DNA of 64,000 nt, taken from contig JAHIVW010000003.1 in assembly GCA_018816245.1 (NCBI GenBank), positions 470,834 to 534,833 on the forward strand, given 5' to 3'. Shown piece after piece: positions 19,301 through 28,173 of this stretch. Numbering within the stretch: position 1 is the first letter of the stretch; the number at the start of each line of letters is the position of its first letter. The DNA is from Nanobdellota archaeon (lineage in GTDB: Archaea > Aenigmatarchaeota > Aenigmatarchaeia > QMZP01). Both the position numbers and the translations under genes were made by a program. A model generated the notes under the pieces. The model saw nothing but the letters and a program-made list of their open reading frames with translations, was not told where the DNA came from and did no database searches.

Positions 19301-20930
19301 AGTAGGTGTTTTCTTTGCTGTAATCAGGAAGGAAGAGGGGGATGCTGCAATTGTACACATGATTTGGTGCCCCGCCAACACAGGTGATCGAGCCCGTAGT
19401 GGCCCCAACGGTTTCGTTCTTGTTCTCAATGATTTTCCCCAGTTGGTACTCAACATTCGTCACCGAAAGGTCCGTCGGCGGATTGTTGATTTTGGCAACA
19501 ATATCAATTGTGTCACCGGCGGGGTTGTAATCAGGAATAAAGGACGTGACCGAGAGCACGGACAATGAAATCGTTGCCTCTGATGAACAGACCTTGGTTC
19601 CGGCATTGCAGAAGAATCCTGACGGACAGCTGCAGTCGTAATTGACGGTGATATCAGGAATTACGGCAGTGAGTTCCTTGAGGATCGTGGTTGCCCCATC
19701 AGTGTAGGGGATGGTTGTACTTACCTTATTGGAATTGATAATGTAGCTTCCGAGCCCACATGACACCTTTGATGAGAGTTGTGTAACACAGGTGTAGGTG
19801 TTCCCGATGCCTTTTGGGCAGCTCACGGAGAACTGTTTCGCACCGAAGGAGAGGAGTGCAGTGATTTGTGCCGGGAGACTTGCTGGTGGATTGTTGATCT
19901 GGACGGTGACGTTGACTGGCACGGCCTGGTTACAATTAGTAACTGGGGAAACCAAGGCAGAGGTCACGGACATGGTGATGTCATTGGGGTTCTTGCAGCT
20001 GCCGGTTTCCGGATCACCGCCTGCAATATCACAGTAGGCGTTCAGCCCGCACCCGCAATCATAACAGCAACTGGTTGCGTCTTCACCGAGACTGCCTTCA
20101 CAGGTTCCGTCGCCGCAGGTGAAGGACGGGTTCTTGTTCAGGACAATAGGATTGCCGATTCCGCTTGTGGTTTTTGGAAATACGAAAAAGAAATCTTTAC
20201 TGATGGCCGTGATCGTGGTGCTGCTCGGTTGAGCAGTTTCAAAGCTGGGAAGTTCAATTTCGTTGGTGTCAGCGCCGATGCCAAACAAGGAGAGCGCACC
20301 GCTAAAGAGGACGCTCTCTGCCCAATTGAAGGGAAGCATCTGGAAATTGCTGATAAAGTTCTTTGTGGGGTTGAGGAACTGGGTATCAGCAACATAGAGA
20401 TTTGCATCCGGGAGTTCGTAGTTGAAGGTTTCAAATGCATTGTAGCTGATCCGGTTCACCGTGTCCCAGAACCCAAGCCAGGCAACCTGTCCTTCCTGAT
20501 CTTTCAATTTTACGAGCGTGAGAAGATTGGCTGTTTGGGGATAGGTTGGCCCTCCTACCTTTTGTGAAATATCATTCCAGAGGAGTTCAGTGTCGACGAA
20601 GGAATCGAAAATAATCGGCTCAGCTTGAACACATTGTGAAGGATTCAATGCCTTGCATTTGTAGAGGAAGATTTTCTCGATCGAGTGCGCCAAGCTGGCG
20701 CTGTTCACGGTGATGCCGACCTTGACCTTGCTCCATGAAATGTCCGAGGGGTCGTGGCTAACCGTAATCTGCCGGTTGATGAGTTTCGAGGGGGTGACGA
20801 TCAAGGAGTCCTCTTCATTCCCGTTAACAAAGAGATGGATGGTTGCGGCACTGGCCATGGGCATGGAGAGGACCAAGATGCTCGCTGCCACCGCAAAGGC
20901 AGGAATCAGGAAGAGGGAAACATTTTTCAT
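16377..20930 (-). CDS. Giant (about 1517 aa) secreted protein with three CGDGxC...CxDC(G/P)C Cys-rich modules. Probable start MKNVSLFLIPAFAVAASILVLSMPMASA at 20930.
   Basis: Signal peptide. Modules at roughly 20045-20125 (TCGDGTCEGSLGEDATSCCYDCGCG), 19110-19195 (LCGDGLCDNQKGESAATCCVDCGCAG) and 18615-18680 (GVCEPQYGESAANSCVDCPC). Long Thr/Ser-rich beta-like regions. Confidence 0.75.
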   Translation of the reverse strand: MKNVSLFLIPAFAVAASILVLSMPMASAATIHLFVNGNEEDSLIVTPSKLINRQITVSHDPSDISWSKVKVGITVNSASLAHSIEKIFLYKCKALNPSQCVQAEPIIFDSFVDTELLWNDISQKVGGPTYPQTANLLTLVKLKDQEGQVAWLGFWDTVNRISYNAFETFNYELPDANLYVADTQFLNPTKNFISNFQMLPFNWAESVLFSGALSLFGIGADTNEIELPSFETAQPSSTTITAISKDFFFVFPKTTSGIGNPIVLNKNPSFTCGDGTCEGSLGEDATSCCYDCGCGLNAYCDIAGGDPETGSCKNPNDITMSVTSALVSPVTNCNQAVPVNVTVQINNPPASLPAQITALLSFGAKQFSVSCPKGIGNTYTCVTQLSSKVSCGLGSYIINSNKVSTTIPYTDGATTILKELTAVIPDITVNYDCSCPSGFFCNAGTKVCSSEATISLSVLSVTSFIPDYNPAGDTIDIVAKINNPPTDLSVTNVEYQLGKIIENKNETVGATTGSITCVGGAPNHVYNCSIPLFLPDYSKENTYFIQSNSITFKTSFSDGPITITKDLKSGFSDVTVPSSLCGDGLCDNQKGESAATCCVDCGCAGAGEYCDAITQCKLINDVGLTVLSVSPRNVSDCTQTHLINLTTQIINKPAESEILAVFYMKNGEPQPYPITCKEVVVGSPTGLLTCQLTLPPIPECSLPYETLGPNTLNLTISYPDGSYINPSGIIQQHLTASFADLILVPQYHPNNGVCEPQYGESAANSCVDCPCAKDPMYGDAYYCDYHRVDNIAGSCQEKGDIKLVVDHPNQPVSFKNCEIPHFVNIKAHIKNQPSGTQIENIFGTLDGESTQNIYCQQEVLVFGTSNLTLNCTAAIPADPECSKGDTNTYEPNDISVLISYNNGAQKRELLLLTDDYAAIKVRQTFTSLFDITQELIQDIQKKIQDILEISQKLISLQKFCLYASIAATALTIVGIGYAFYDALKPSEFQGQIAGNNDAAVHSGISKMTSKLGSREFKNTITAYTAAGTFVLTAIGSICNMLSAMMKSMIDAENIEIEFLKMEACLQVQQHQLDAGYCGKDLSCFNGMLACVNLGSVNGIIGNMQANMNVISAEAQKFGQAAGNFANAIESIQDLSDTTSLYAKCNDVPGATKCCGYGGDVGQQIVIGGSGGYTTLGRSKLSLFVSQYQSSVPCQNPMIQKEDGSLIPISEYKNIDAITAFEGESAKTFKLICNNEYVDSLTVCLCVGDPTSGCLKTGTADPKDECITAWGECGSSLPSGYGTVTATTAAEMINSAILAVGKAKQLASPKPVDAATALKAAQQTVNAAIEKTTKTSVKDKLNAVLPTMTEFIAFLEAGQAPPNADTTLQTVIDNLLAAKIEELSGTSGGGTSPGDSGTSSSSEPCNETSGDVCVPQFSLSPETFTFASEADSTNYRDIPFILTIDNFQTAHEYAVEIDCEKDNHGNTLLEPFQSQKIIEYVCSYPVNQAKTYTITVDVYDKTTDTFAAQPKEITVTFT

Positions 20931-20934
20931 AGGA

Positions 20935-22788
20935 TCATGCGTCCAGTTCTGCCCACGTGACCGTGCAGGCCTTGTTTGCTGGGAACGGGGCCTCAAGGAC
21001 CGGACCGATACCGCAGCGCTTCAGGACTTCGGAGAGGATGATCATGCGGGCGACTGCTTCTTGTTCATTTCCGAAGCTGAACCCTAAATAATAGGGGAGA
21101 TACACGTAAAGGTCTTTGCCGTCCAGATCTTCGGTGATTTGGTAGTTTGTGGTCATGGCACCGTACATGGTGAAGTCCTCCTCGTCAAGGAGGAGGCCGT
21201 TGACGAAGTACTGACCAGGACTGATCTTGGGAACCGTGATCTGGGAGGTCAGACCGAACTCTTGGAGGAAATGCTTCCCGTTCTGGGACTCCAGGAACAG
21301 GTGCACTACTTCGGTGGGATACTTCGTCCGGATGGGATTGATATCATTCGTGAAGATCTGGTACGTCTCTGAAACGGTATTGTTCGTGATGAACACGTCA
21401 TAGAAGTTCAGGCGGATGCTTGGTTGCTTCTGAAGCGTCGCATGAACATCGACAATCTCAGCAGGATCTTTGTTCTGGAGGTAGTCTTCATAGTTTGCTG
21501 CAGTAATGCGCAACGGGCCGACACCACAGGGAACAAGGTTTGAGAATGTCCCGGTTGCATCTGTCTTACCCAAAGTGCAGCCAAGGTAGGTGACGGTTGC
21601 GTCCTTGATGGGAGAACCATCAGTTGTAGAAACGGTAATGGAACTGTAGCATAACGAGGAGGCACAGAGCGCCTGCTGTTCTTCAGGGATTGGTGACACG
21701 ATCGTTGCAGTGAGATCGGGTGTATTCTCCTTGATGGTGACATCCACAGCGAACTGGAAGATGTTGTCGGTCAAGGAATCCTTGACGCGGACAATGGCAG
21801 GATACGTCATACTATATTTCACGAGAATGGGATCACTGCGACACTTTCCTGTAAGCGGGACAAGTTCAGGAATGACCACCAAGGTGTTGGGATCAACCTG
21901 GAAGGTGCTGGGGTTCAGAGAGAACCCGTCCGGCAGGTGGAAGGAAACATCAAGCGCTTCGTAGATCTTGCCATTGATTTCAGGAAGCCCGTACTTTGGT
22001 GATGCAGAACTGGTGAACGTGTTCTGCGGAACCTTGTTTGGTAAATAGGTGTGGGCCAGGGTCACGGCAATTCGTTCCTCGACCGCTGTCCTGAACTCAT
22101 CATATGTCTTTGTGATATGATCACTACAATCGTACGTCGTCACCAGAAGTGGTGTGGTTTGGACTTTGTTTTCAAGTGGTGAAAGTGCCATGCTAATGAT
22201 GGTGAAATGTGCGAGGTAGGTCTTCTGCTTGTCACTCGTGACGTAGTGTTCAGCGAAGTCGAGTACTTCGCCAAAGGCTGTTGGAACCGTAACAGAGAAT
22301 GGTTTGTTGATGGCATACCCTTCGACACTCACGGGAAGCTGGACCGTGACCGCGATTTCCCCGCTTCTAATCGTGCTGTCAACAAGCGGCGAGCCAGTGA
22401 CCACGTTGGGAATGGTGAGTGACTCAATGGCACCGGGCAGGTTTGCTTCAAGATAGTCTGCCACGCCGACACGGAAGTTGCTTTCAACAGGCGGGATCGA
22501 GACAGCACCCTGCTTTGACCAATAGGTTACTTTCCTTCCAAGGAAGGAAACACCGTCTTGTGTTGGTGTCAGGAGTCCGCCGTTCCGGGAAAGTTTCTGG
22601 AGCGTGTCAATCACGGCACCATGGATCACGTTCTCGATGGTGGCTTCAACGGTTCGTTGCTTCTCAGCAACCCCAGAAGGAACTGGTGAGGGAGTCAGGT
22701 CGCCAGCGAGGAACGCATAGGCGATCACGACGACCGCAACAATGATGATACCGAGAATTGCAAAGAATTCGGTCTGCCCGACCCTCAT
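20935..22788 (-). CDS. 617-aa secreted or surface protein with a pilin-like (class III-like) N-terminus. First gene of the surface-protein operon.
   Basis: MRVG/QTEFFAILGIIIVAVVVIAYAFLAG (Arg-x-Gly followed by a long hydrophobic helix). TATA box tatatatat at 22811-22819, about 25 nt upstream. Confidence 0.7.
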   Translation of the reverse strand: MRVGQTEFFAILGIIIVAVVVIAYAFLAGDLTPSPVPSGVAEKQRTVEATIENVIHGAVIDTLQKLSRNGGLLTPTQDGVSFLGRKVTYWSKQGAVSIPPVESNFRVGVADYLEANLPGAIESLTIPNVVTGSPLVDSTIRSGEIAVTVQLPVSVEGYAINKPFSVTVPTAFGEVLDFAEHYVTSDKQKTYLAHFTIISMALSPLENKVQTTPLLVTTYDCSDHITKTYDEFRTAVEERIAVTLAHTYLPNKVPQNTFTSSASPKYGLPEINGKIYEALDVSFHLPDGFSLNPSTFQVDPNTLVVIPELVPLTGKCRSDPILVKYSMTYPAIVRVKDSLTDNIFQFAVDVTIKENTPDLTATIVSPIPEEQQALCASSLCYSSITVSTTDGSPIKDATVTYLGCTLGKTDATGTFSNLVPCGVGPLRITAANYEDYLQNKDPAEIVDVHATLQKQPSIRLNFYDVFITNNTVSETYQIFTNDINPIRTKYPTEVVHLFLESQNGKHFLQEFGLTSQITVPKISPGQYFVNGLLLDEEDFTMYGAMTTNYQITEDLDGKDLYVYLPYYLGFSFGNEQEAVARMIILSEVLKRCGIGPVLEAPFPANKACTVTWAELDA

Positions 22789-22810
22789 GGGTATAGAATT
22801 GCTTCGGCGC

Positions 22811-22819
22811 TATATATAT
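22811..22819 (-). promoter_or_regulatory. TATA box for the surface-protein operon (leaderless-type spacing to the start at 22788)
   Basis: ctatatatatt lies 23-31 nt upstream of the ATG of the 617-aa gene. Confidence 0.4.
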
Positions 22820-22822
22820 TCT

Positions 22823-24397
22823 CTAAGACGAGGAAAGCGCGTTTTTGAGGAGGGTTATGGCCCGTTTGACACCAAGCGCCTCGATGAGCGTGGTAAGACG
22901 GGGACCACGGGGTGCGCCGAGAAGTGCTTGGTAAACGAGCCCATAGAACTCCTTTGTCTCCATGCCATGTTTGTTTGCAAGCTCGCTGAACATGGTTGCG
23001 TCCGGGGTGCTTCGCTCGAGAAGGGTTATGAGGTCCGTGAGAACGGCCTTTTGTTCCTTGGTTAATGAGTGTTGTTCTTGTTTGGTGTCATCAACATCGT
23101 GGATCCAGGCAACGGCCTTTGCCGCAACATCCCGGACCGTGTCCGGGATGGGGATGTCTGCAAGTTTTGCCGCGATTGACACGACGGCGTCTTCGTCCTG
23201 GATGATTCGTGCAAGATTGATGAGTATTCGGAAGGGAACGTTCACTGGATATGAACTAGGCGGTTCCAGAAAATGTGCAAACTCGTAGAGGCGCTTTAGA
23301 TGGGCGCGCTCTTTCTCATTCGCCACCTTTTGCTTGTCGAAATACACAGCAGCAAGGTCGTCAAGTTCGTTCATGTACGCGGGAATGACGAGTGGATCGA
23401 CCACACGTGTTTTGGCGAGCTTTTTTAGGAATAGGAGACGGAGAGATTCAGGTGACCCGTACTGGAGCCAGAGTTGGGGGGTGAACACATTGCCGCGGCT
23501 CTTGGAAATTTTCATGCCGCTCCGTTCAGTGAATAATTCATAGAAGGAGTGCACCGGCGGTTCGAAGTGGAGGATCTTTTTGCAAAGAGCGTCATTGACC
23601 GCGACGGACTCAGCAATGTCCTTGCCATAGGCTTCATAGGTGATACCCAGTGATTGCCAGCGGGCAGCGAAATCAGATTTCCATACCAGCTTGCCGTCAC
23701 GAATGCCGCAGGTGCCGCTATGACCGCAGCCCTGTTTCACGATTTCTGTGCCAGCGGCATCCTTTCCGATGAATGTTCCAGAACAGGTATAGGTGATTTG
23801 GTTGGTTACAGGATCAAATGCAGTTGCTACGGTTGTGTTAACATTCCCACACGTGGCACAGATCGGCATGTAGGGAAGTTGTTGTTGGTATTTCGTCTGG
23901 CCTGTGAGCTTCTTGATAATGGTTCCCACGTGGGGTGCATGTGTCAGGAGGGTGATGATCGCTTTGTCCAGGGTGCCGTTCTTGTATTCCTCGCTTGCGC
24001 GCTTGAGGGTGAACCGGATGCCGAGCTGCTCAAACGCGTCCTGGAGGAGCGCGGTCATGTGATGCCCAAAGGATTGGTGACAGGAACCTTCGGGATCAGG
24101 GATCGTGGACACGGGCTTTCCGATGTGCTCGCTTAGTGCTGCAGGGAACCCGGTTGGCACCTTGCGCAACCCATCGAGATCGTCTGTGAATGCAATGAAC
24201 TCGCTCTGCTCGCCGAGCTGTTCCAATGTTTTGTGGACAACATAGCTCCGGACCCCGTCGCCTGTTGAGCCGATGTGGGGAATGCCTGAGGCACCAATCC
24301 CCATTTCGGTGCGGAGCTTCGGGAGGCCGCGGGCGAGTTTTGTTTCCCGGTCCTTGACCTGTCGCGCGATCTGGTCGACCCAGAAGAGGGACTCCAT
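22823..24397 (-). CDS. lysK: Class I lysyl-tRNA synthetase (LysRS-I)
   Basis: Class I aaRS: HIGH-like PHIGS, KMSKS as KISKSRGN. Length of about 524 aa and the N-terminus (LFWVDQIARQV) fit LysRS-I. Confidence 0.65.
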   Translation of the reverse strand: MESLFWVDQIARQVKDRETKLARGLPKLRTEMGIGASGIPHIGSTGDGVRSYVVHKTLEQLGEQSEFIAFTDDLDGLRKVPTGFPAALSEHIGKPVSTIPDPEGSCHQSFGHHMTALLQDAFEQLGIRFTLKRASEEYKNGTLDKAIITLLTHAPHVGTIIKKLTGQTKYQQQLPYMPICATCGNVNTTVATAFDPVTNQITYTCSGTFIGKDAAGTEIVKQGCGHSGTCGIRDGKLVWKSDFAARWQSLGITYEAYGKDIAESVAVNDALCKKILHFEPPVHSFYELFTERSGMKISKSRGNVFTPQLWLQYGSPESLRLLFLKKLAKTRVVDPLVIPAYMNELDDLAAVYFDKQKVANEKERAHLKRLYEFAHFLEPPSSYPVNVPFRILINLARIIQDEDAVVSIAAKLADIPIPDTVRDVAAKAVAWIHDVDDTKQEQHSLTKEQKAVLTDLITLLERSTPDATMFSELANKHGMETKEFYGLVYQALLGAPRGPRLTTLIEALGVKRAITLLKNALSSS

Positions 24398-24447
24398 GAG
24401 CTCTCATTGACTGGACGAATTATATAAGACAAGAAACGAAACAGATA

Positions 24448-24726
24448 GTGGGATTGTGGATGCGGATATTTGTCTTGCTCGGATTAATCGTGATTTTTCT
24501 GAGCAGCTACTTCACCTTCTTCGTATTTGACAATATTGTCAGCGGCTACATTGATTGCTTCAAAGAAGTCGACGCGATCACCTGTGACATCAAGGCAGCA
24601 GGGATCAATATGATCGGGGGCCTCTTCATCATCGGGTGCTTTGCCATGACTGCCATGACCGTGGTCTATGTCTTGATCAAACATGTGATCTTCCCCTCGA
24701 ATCCGTATGGCTCGCCAGGGCTCTGA
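24448..24726 (+). CDS. Small membrane protein (2 TM), hypothetical
   Basis: MGLWMRIFVLLGLIVIFLSSYFTFFVF... GGLFIIGCFAMTAMTVVYVLI. Only hydrophobicity supports it. Confidence 0.35.
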   Translation: MGLWMRIFVLLGLIVIFLSSYFTFFVFDNIVSGYIDCFKEVDAITCDIKAAGINMIGGLFIIGCFAMTAMTVVYVLIKHVIFPSNPYGSPGL

Positions 24727-24761
24727 ACGTTTAAAAATGCCATGGTATAATAGGAGCTCCT

Positions 24762-25181
24762 ATGCCAACGGTCAAAGACGTTGATCCGAACCTGTTGATC
24801 GCCGCAGCTGCTGCTGAGCTCGCCAAGAACGAGCACTGCAAGCCGCCTGCCTGGGCTGCGTTCACGAAGACTGGGACGTCGCGGCAGCGGCCGCCTGCCC
24901 AGAAAGACTGGTGGTATCTCCGGTCAGCAAGCATGCTCCAGAAGCTGGCCACGGGAAAGCCCATTGGGGTGTCCCGGCTTCGGACAGTCTATGGCGGCAG
25001 GAAGAACCGGGGCCATAAACCAGAGCGGCAACGGGATGCGTCCGGGAAGATCATCCGGACCGTGTTCCAGCAACTTGAGGCAGCCGGGTATGTCAAGACG
25101 GAGAAAGGCAAGGGGCGCGTGCTTACAAAGGATGGTCGTGCTGTCCTGAAGACCGCAATCCAGCTCGCAACAAAGGCGTAG
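24762..25181 (+). CDS. rps19e: Ribosomal protein eS19 (S19e)
   Basis: VKDVDPNLLIAAAAAELAKNEHCKPPAWAAFTKTGTSRQRPPAQKDWWYLRSASMLQKL matches the S19e family. Confidence 0.9.
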   Translation: MPTVKDVDPNLLIAAAAAELAKNEHCKPPAWAAFTKTGTSRQRPPAQKDWWYLRSASMLQKLATGKPIGVSRLRTVYGGRKNRGHKPERQRDASGKIIRTVFQQLEAAGYVKTEKGKGRVLTKDGRAVLKTAIQLATKA

Positions 25182-25182
25182 T

Positions 25183-26079
25183 ATGCTCGTCACAGTTGGG
25201 TCGCTCGCATTCGATGACATCACAACGCCGTTCGGCAAAGCAACCCGGGCCATTGGGGGAAGTGCAACCTACTTTTCACTCGCAGCATCGCTGTTTACCA
25301 AGGTCGGGGTGATCGCCAGTGTCGGGACTGATTTTCCGCAGGAGCAGTTGCAGGTCATGCGGCAACGCGGGATTGACACGAGCGGCGTCATCACCACAAG
25401 AGACAAGACGTTGCACTGGAGCGGATATTATGAGTACGACATGAACGAGGCACACACGAAGAGCATCGACCTCGGACCGTACGCGAACTTTGTGCCCACG
25501 GTTCCTGAAGCGTATGCGACTGCCGAGTATGTGTTCCTGGCAAACATTGATCCGAAAATGCAGCTCCAGGTGTTGGCAGGAATCAAGCATCCGAAGCTTG
25601 TTGCTGTGGACACAATGAACTTTTACATCGAGAAGGATCCGCAGGCAGTGAAAGATGTGATCAGGAAAGTTGATATTTTCTTTTGTAATGAGTGGGAGGC
25701 GCGCGAGTTGTTCCAGACCCCGAACCTGGTGAAAGCAGGAAAGGAAGCGCTTGCCCTTGGCGCGCGCTGGGCCGTGATCAAGAAAGGGGAGCACGGGGTG
25801 TTGCTGCTCTCCAAGGACTCGATTGTGTCGCTTCCTGGCTACCCGCTCGAGAACGTCGTTGATCCCACGGGCGCGGGTGACAGTTTTGCCGGCGGGTTCA
25901 TGGGCTACCTTGCGAGCACCGGTGATCTGAGCGAAGCTGGCATCCGGCGTGCTGCGGTCCACGGTACGGCGGTTGCGTCCTTTACTGCCGAGGGATTGGC
26001 AACGAAACGAATTAGTGAACTCACCAATGCAGAAGTGGACCAGCGAATTGCGGCGCTGAAACAGCTTGTGCACTTCTAA
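25183..26079 (+). CDS. PfkB-family carbohydrate or nucleoside kinase (ribokinase-like)
   Basis: Gly-rich N-terminal motif (GGSATYFSLAASLFTKVGVIASVG) and C-terminal DPTGAGDSFAGGF (PfkB signature 2). Confidence 0.8.
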   Translation: MLVTVGSLAFDDITTPFGKATRAIGGSATYFSLAASLFTKVGVIASVGTDFPQEQLQVMRQRGIDTSGVITTRDKTLHWSGYYEYDMNEAHTKSIDLGPYANFVPTVPEAYATAEYVFLANIDPKMQLQVLAGIKHPKLVAVDTMNFYIEKDPQAVKDVIRKVDIFFCNEWEARELFQTPNLVKAGKEALALGARWAVIKKGEHGVLLLSKDSIVSLPGYPLENVVDPTGAGDSFAGGFMGYLASTGDLSEAGIRRAAVHGTAVASFTAEGLATKRISELTNAEVDQRIAALKQLVHF

Positions 26080-27182
26080 GCGTCAACGCGGACGCCATCC
26101 CGGTCCAGGGTTGCATCAACCACGTAGATATTGTGTTCCTTCCAGCTGGTACGGACCTTGTTGGCGGTTTCTTCGTCAAAACAAACACCGATTCCGCAGT
26201 CGCCGCCGCCGGCACCGGAGAGCTTTCCGGCAGCACCCGCGGCGTTGGCAAGGTCGCTCATCTGTTTGAGCTCGGGGGTTTCGATGTTCACCCCGGAAAC
26301 GGTCCCGAGTTCACGGAGTGCGTCTTCATTGGTTTGGAGGGCGGCAAGGAACGCCTTAGTGTTATTGTTTTTCATTGCAGTTACCGCCTTTTTTGCAGCA
26401 GCAGCAACCGTTGTGATTGCATTGGTGTACGCGTCAGGTGTTGCTGCTTTGTATGCCTTCATTTGTTTCACCATGGTCGTGGTTGATGCGGACTCTTTCG
26501 TCCACCCAATGAGTAAATGGAAGGTGTCGGAAATAGAAAGTTCGTTCACAAGAAATCCTTCCCATTGTTTTGTCACAAGTTCATTTACTGATTGCCCAGA
26601 ATCGAGTTTTGCACTCAGCCACGTGGGATTGCTTTGGTATTCGAAAATACCTCCATACGTTGAGGCAGCAACATCGAATCCAGAACCGATTTTTCCTTGT
26701 GTCTTGAAGTGCGTCGCAAGGCTCAGTTTGTACACGAGATCCTTTGTTTCACGTTTTGAAATATCATGGCCGTGGAACTGGAGGATGGCACCGACAACAG
26801 CGACAACAGACGCTGCAGAGGAACCGAACCCGACTTTTCGTTTTTCACCGTCGATTTCAACAACAGTTTCATCGCCCCAGGTTCGAAGCCTGAACGGTTT
26901 ATCGTTTCCAAGATACGACGTGACGGTTTCAATGGCACCTTTCGTGAACATGAGTTTGTCACGTGTTGTTTGCTCTGTTGTATTCCATGTCAGGGTTCCG
27001 TTTTTTAGGGTGCCGGTTGCCTCAAGACCAAAGTCATCGAGTTTGACATGAATGGTTTCTGCTTCTTCAATTTCAACATACACTCGTTTTGAAATCGCCA
27101 TGACGAGTGCGGGGTTGCCGGGTTCGAGGATGGACCACTCACCAGACAACATGAGTTTGCCAGGAGCAGAAATGCTGGTCAT
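26076..27182 (-). CDS. Phosphomevalonate kinase, ERG8/bacterial type (GHMP kinase)
   Basis: Start MTSISAPGKLMLSGEWSILEPGNPALVMAI resembles the PMK N-terminus (GKLYWAGEYAILEPG type). GHMP Gly/Ser-rich loop further in. The ATG follows the stop of the upstream decarboxylase gene (verified on the reverse complement). Confidence 0.65.
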   Translation of the reverse strand: MTSISAPGKLMLSGEWSILEPGNPALVMAISKRVYVEIEEAETIHVKLDDFGLEATGTLKNGTLTWNTTEQTTRDKLMFTKGAIETVTSYLGNDKPFRLRTWGDETVVEIDGEKRKVGFGSSAASVVAVVGAILQFHGHDISKRETKDLVYKLSLATHFKTQGKIGSGFDVAASTYGGIFEYQSNPTWLSAKLDSGQSVNELVTKQWEGFLVNELSISDTFHLLIGWTKESASTTTMVKQMKAYKAATPDAYTNAITTVAAAAKKAVTAMKNNNTKAFLAALQTNEDALRELGTVSGVNIETPELKQMSDLANAAGAAGKLSGAGGGDCGIGVCFDEETANKVRTSWKEHNIYVVDATLDRDGVRVDA

Positions 27183-27183
27183 A

Positions 27184-28173
27184 CTAGAAGAGGTGCTCCT
27201 CCACCAACCGGGCCGCTTGTCCTGGTTTGCCGATGATTGTTTCCCTGACGCCGGGGATTTCTTGCAATCGTTTCTGGAGTTCTGGGACGTCTTTCTCAAG
27301 ACAGAACACTTTCACTTGCGGTCCAGCGTCCATAGTGAAGTAGGATTCAAGACCTTCGTCGCGCCAGTCCTGGATCGCGTGCATGATCGCGATTGTTGTT
27401 GGGTTCCAGTACAAAATAGTTGGGATAGTCGTAATCATGGTTGCGTGCATTTTCAATCCGTTTCGTTCTGCGGTTTCTCCAACTTTCGTGAAGTCTTTGT
27501 CGCGGATTCCTTGGCGAACGACGTCGAGATCTGCAGGAACCGTGTCAAGCCAGCCCTGATACATAGGCGACGTCTTGATGGTTTGTGACATGCCAGCTCG
27601 GCTCTTGATTTTTTTCTCACCTGTTGCGGTGATTGCAACGATCATGCGGAATGCTGGCCAGTGGTCCGGTGTGGCAACTTGTTTCCCGTAGGAATCGTCG
27701 CCATCTGCTTGTTCACCTTTCAACCATTCAATGAAGCCTGCGCCGACGGATCGTGATGCAGAACCAGAACCGCGTCGGGAAAGAATGGACAGTTGTTTTT
27801 CATCGAGGTCGAGGCCAGCTGCTTTTGCAGCTGCAACAGAGAGCGCGGCAAACCCGGATGCAGACGAGGCGAGGCCAGCTGCCGTCGGGAAGCTGTTTTC
27901 TGATGCGACCTTTGCTTTCTTGTTGATGTTCGCCATGCCGCGGACTAAATCGAGATGTTTGATAACTTGGTCAAGTTCCTTTCCTTCAACCGATTCTCCA
28001 TTCATGGTGAGTGTGTCGGCTTCAAAGTCGCCGAACTCGACAGTTGTTTTGGTGTGGAGGCCGTCCACGGTCATGGACAAGCTCCCGTTGTTGGGAAGCA
28101 TGAGATCTGCGTCTCGCTTTCCCCAGTACTTGATCAACGCAATATTCGCGTTTGCAATCGCCGTTGCTTTCAT
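27184..28173 (-). CDS. mvaD: Diphosphomevalonate decarboxylase family (MVD/PMD homologue)
   Basis: N-terminus ANANIALIKYWGKRDADLMLPNNGSLSMTVDG is the MVD family signature. Confidence 0.8.
   Translation of the reverse strand: MKATAIANANIALIKYWGKRDADLMLPNNGSLSMTVDGLHTKTTVEFGDFEADTLTMNGESVEGKELDQVIKHLDLVRGMANINKKAKVASENSFPTAAGLASSASGFAALSVAAAKAAGLDLDEKQLSILSRRGSGSASRSVGAGFIEWLKGEQADGDDSYGKQVATPDHWPAFRMIVAITATGEKKIKSRAGMSQTIKTSPMYQGWLDTVPADLDVVRQGIRDKDFTKVGETAERNGLKMHATMITTIPTILYWNPTTIAIMHAIQDWRDEGLESYFTMDAGPQVKVFCLEKDVPELQKRLQEIPGVRETIIGKPGQAARLVEEHLF

Noticed and set aside
16377-22788. Nucleotide-level repeats in giant genes considered as a possible CRISPR or tandem-repeat array
   Set aside because: Repetition is at the protein-module level with divergent DNA. 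There are no short direct repeats with unique spacers anywhere in the window, and no cas genes.
20935-22788. Calling the 617-aa and 888-aa proteins archaellins or bona fide type IV pilins
   Set aside because: Only the first ~25 residues are pilin-like. The proteins are far larger than archaellins, and the Lys/Arg-x-Gly spacing is not a perfect FlaK/PibD consensus. They are kept as class-III-like candidates.
26131-27051. Long antisense ORFs, including 26131-27051, 16837-17370, 17721-18287, 19779-20567, 38874-39782, 46717-47526, 58855-59931, 61096-61740, 32820-33353 and 3184-3732
   Set aside because: Each lies opposite a gene with clear homology or strong coding signal. Their translations are low-complexity (Ser/Arg/Cys-rich), so they are shadow ORFs.
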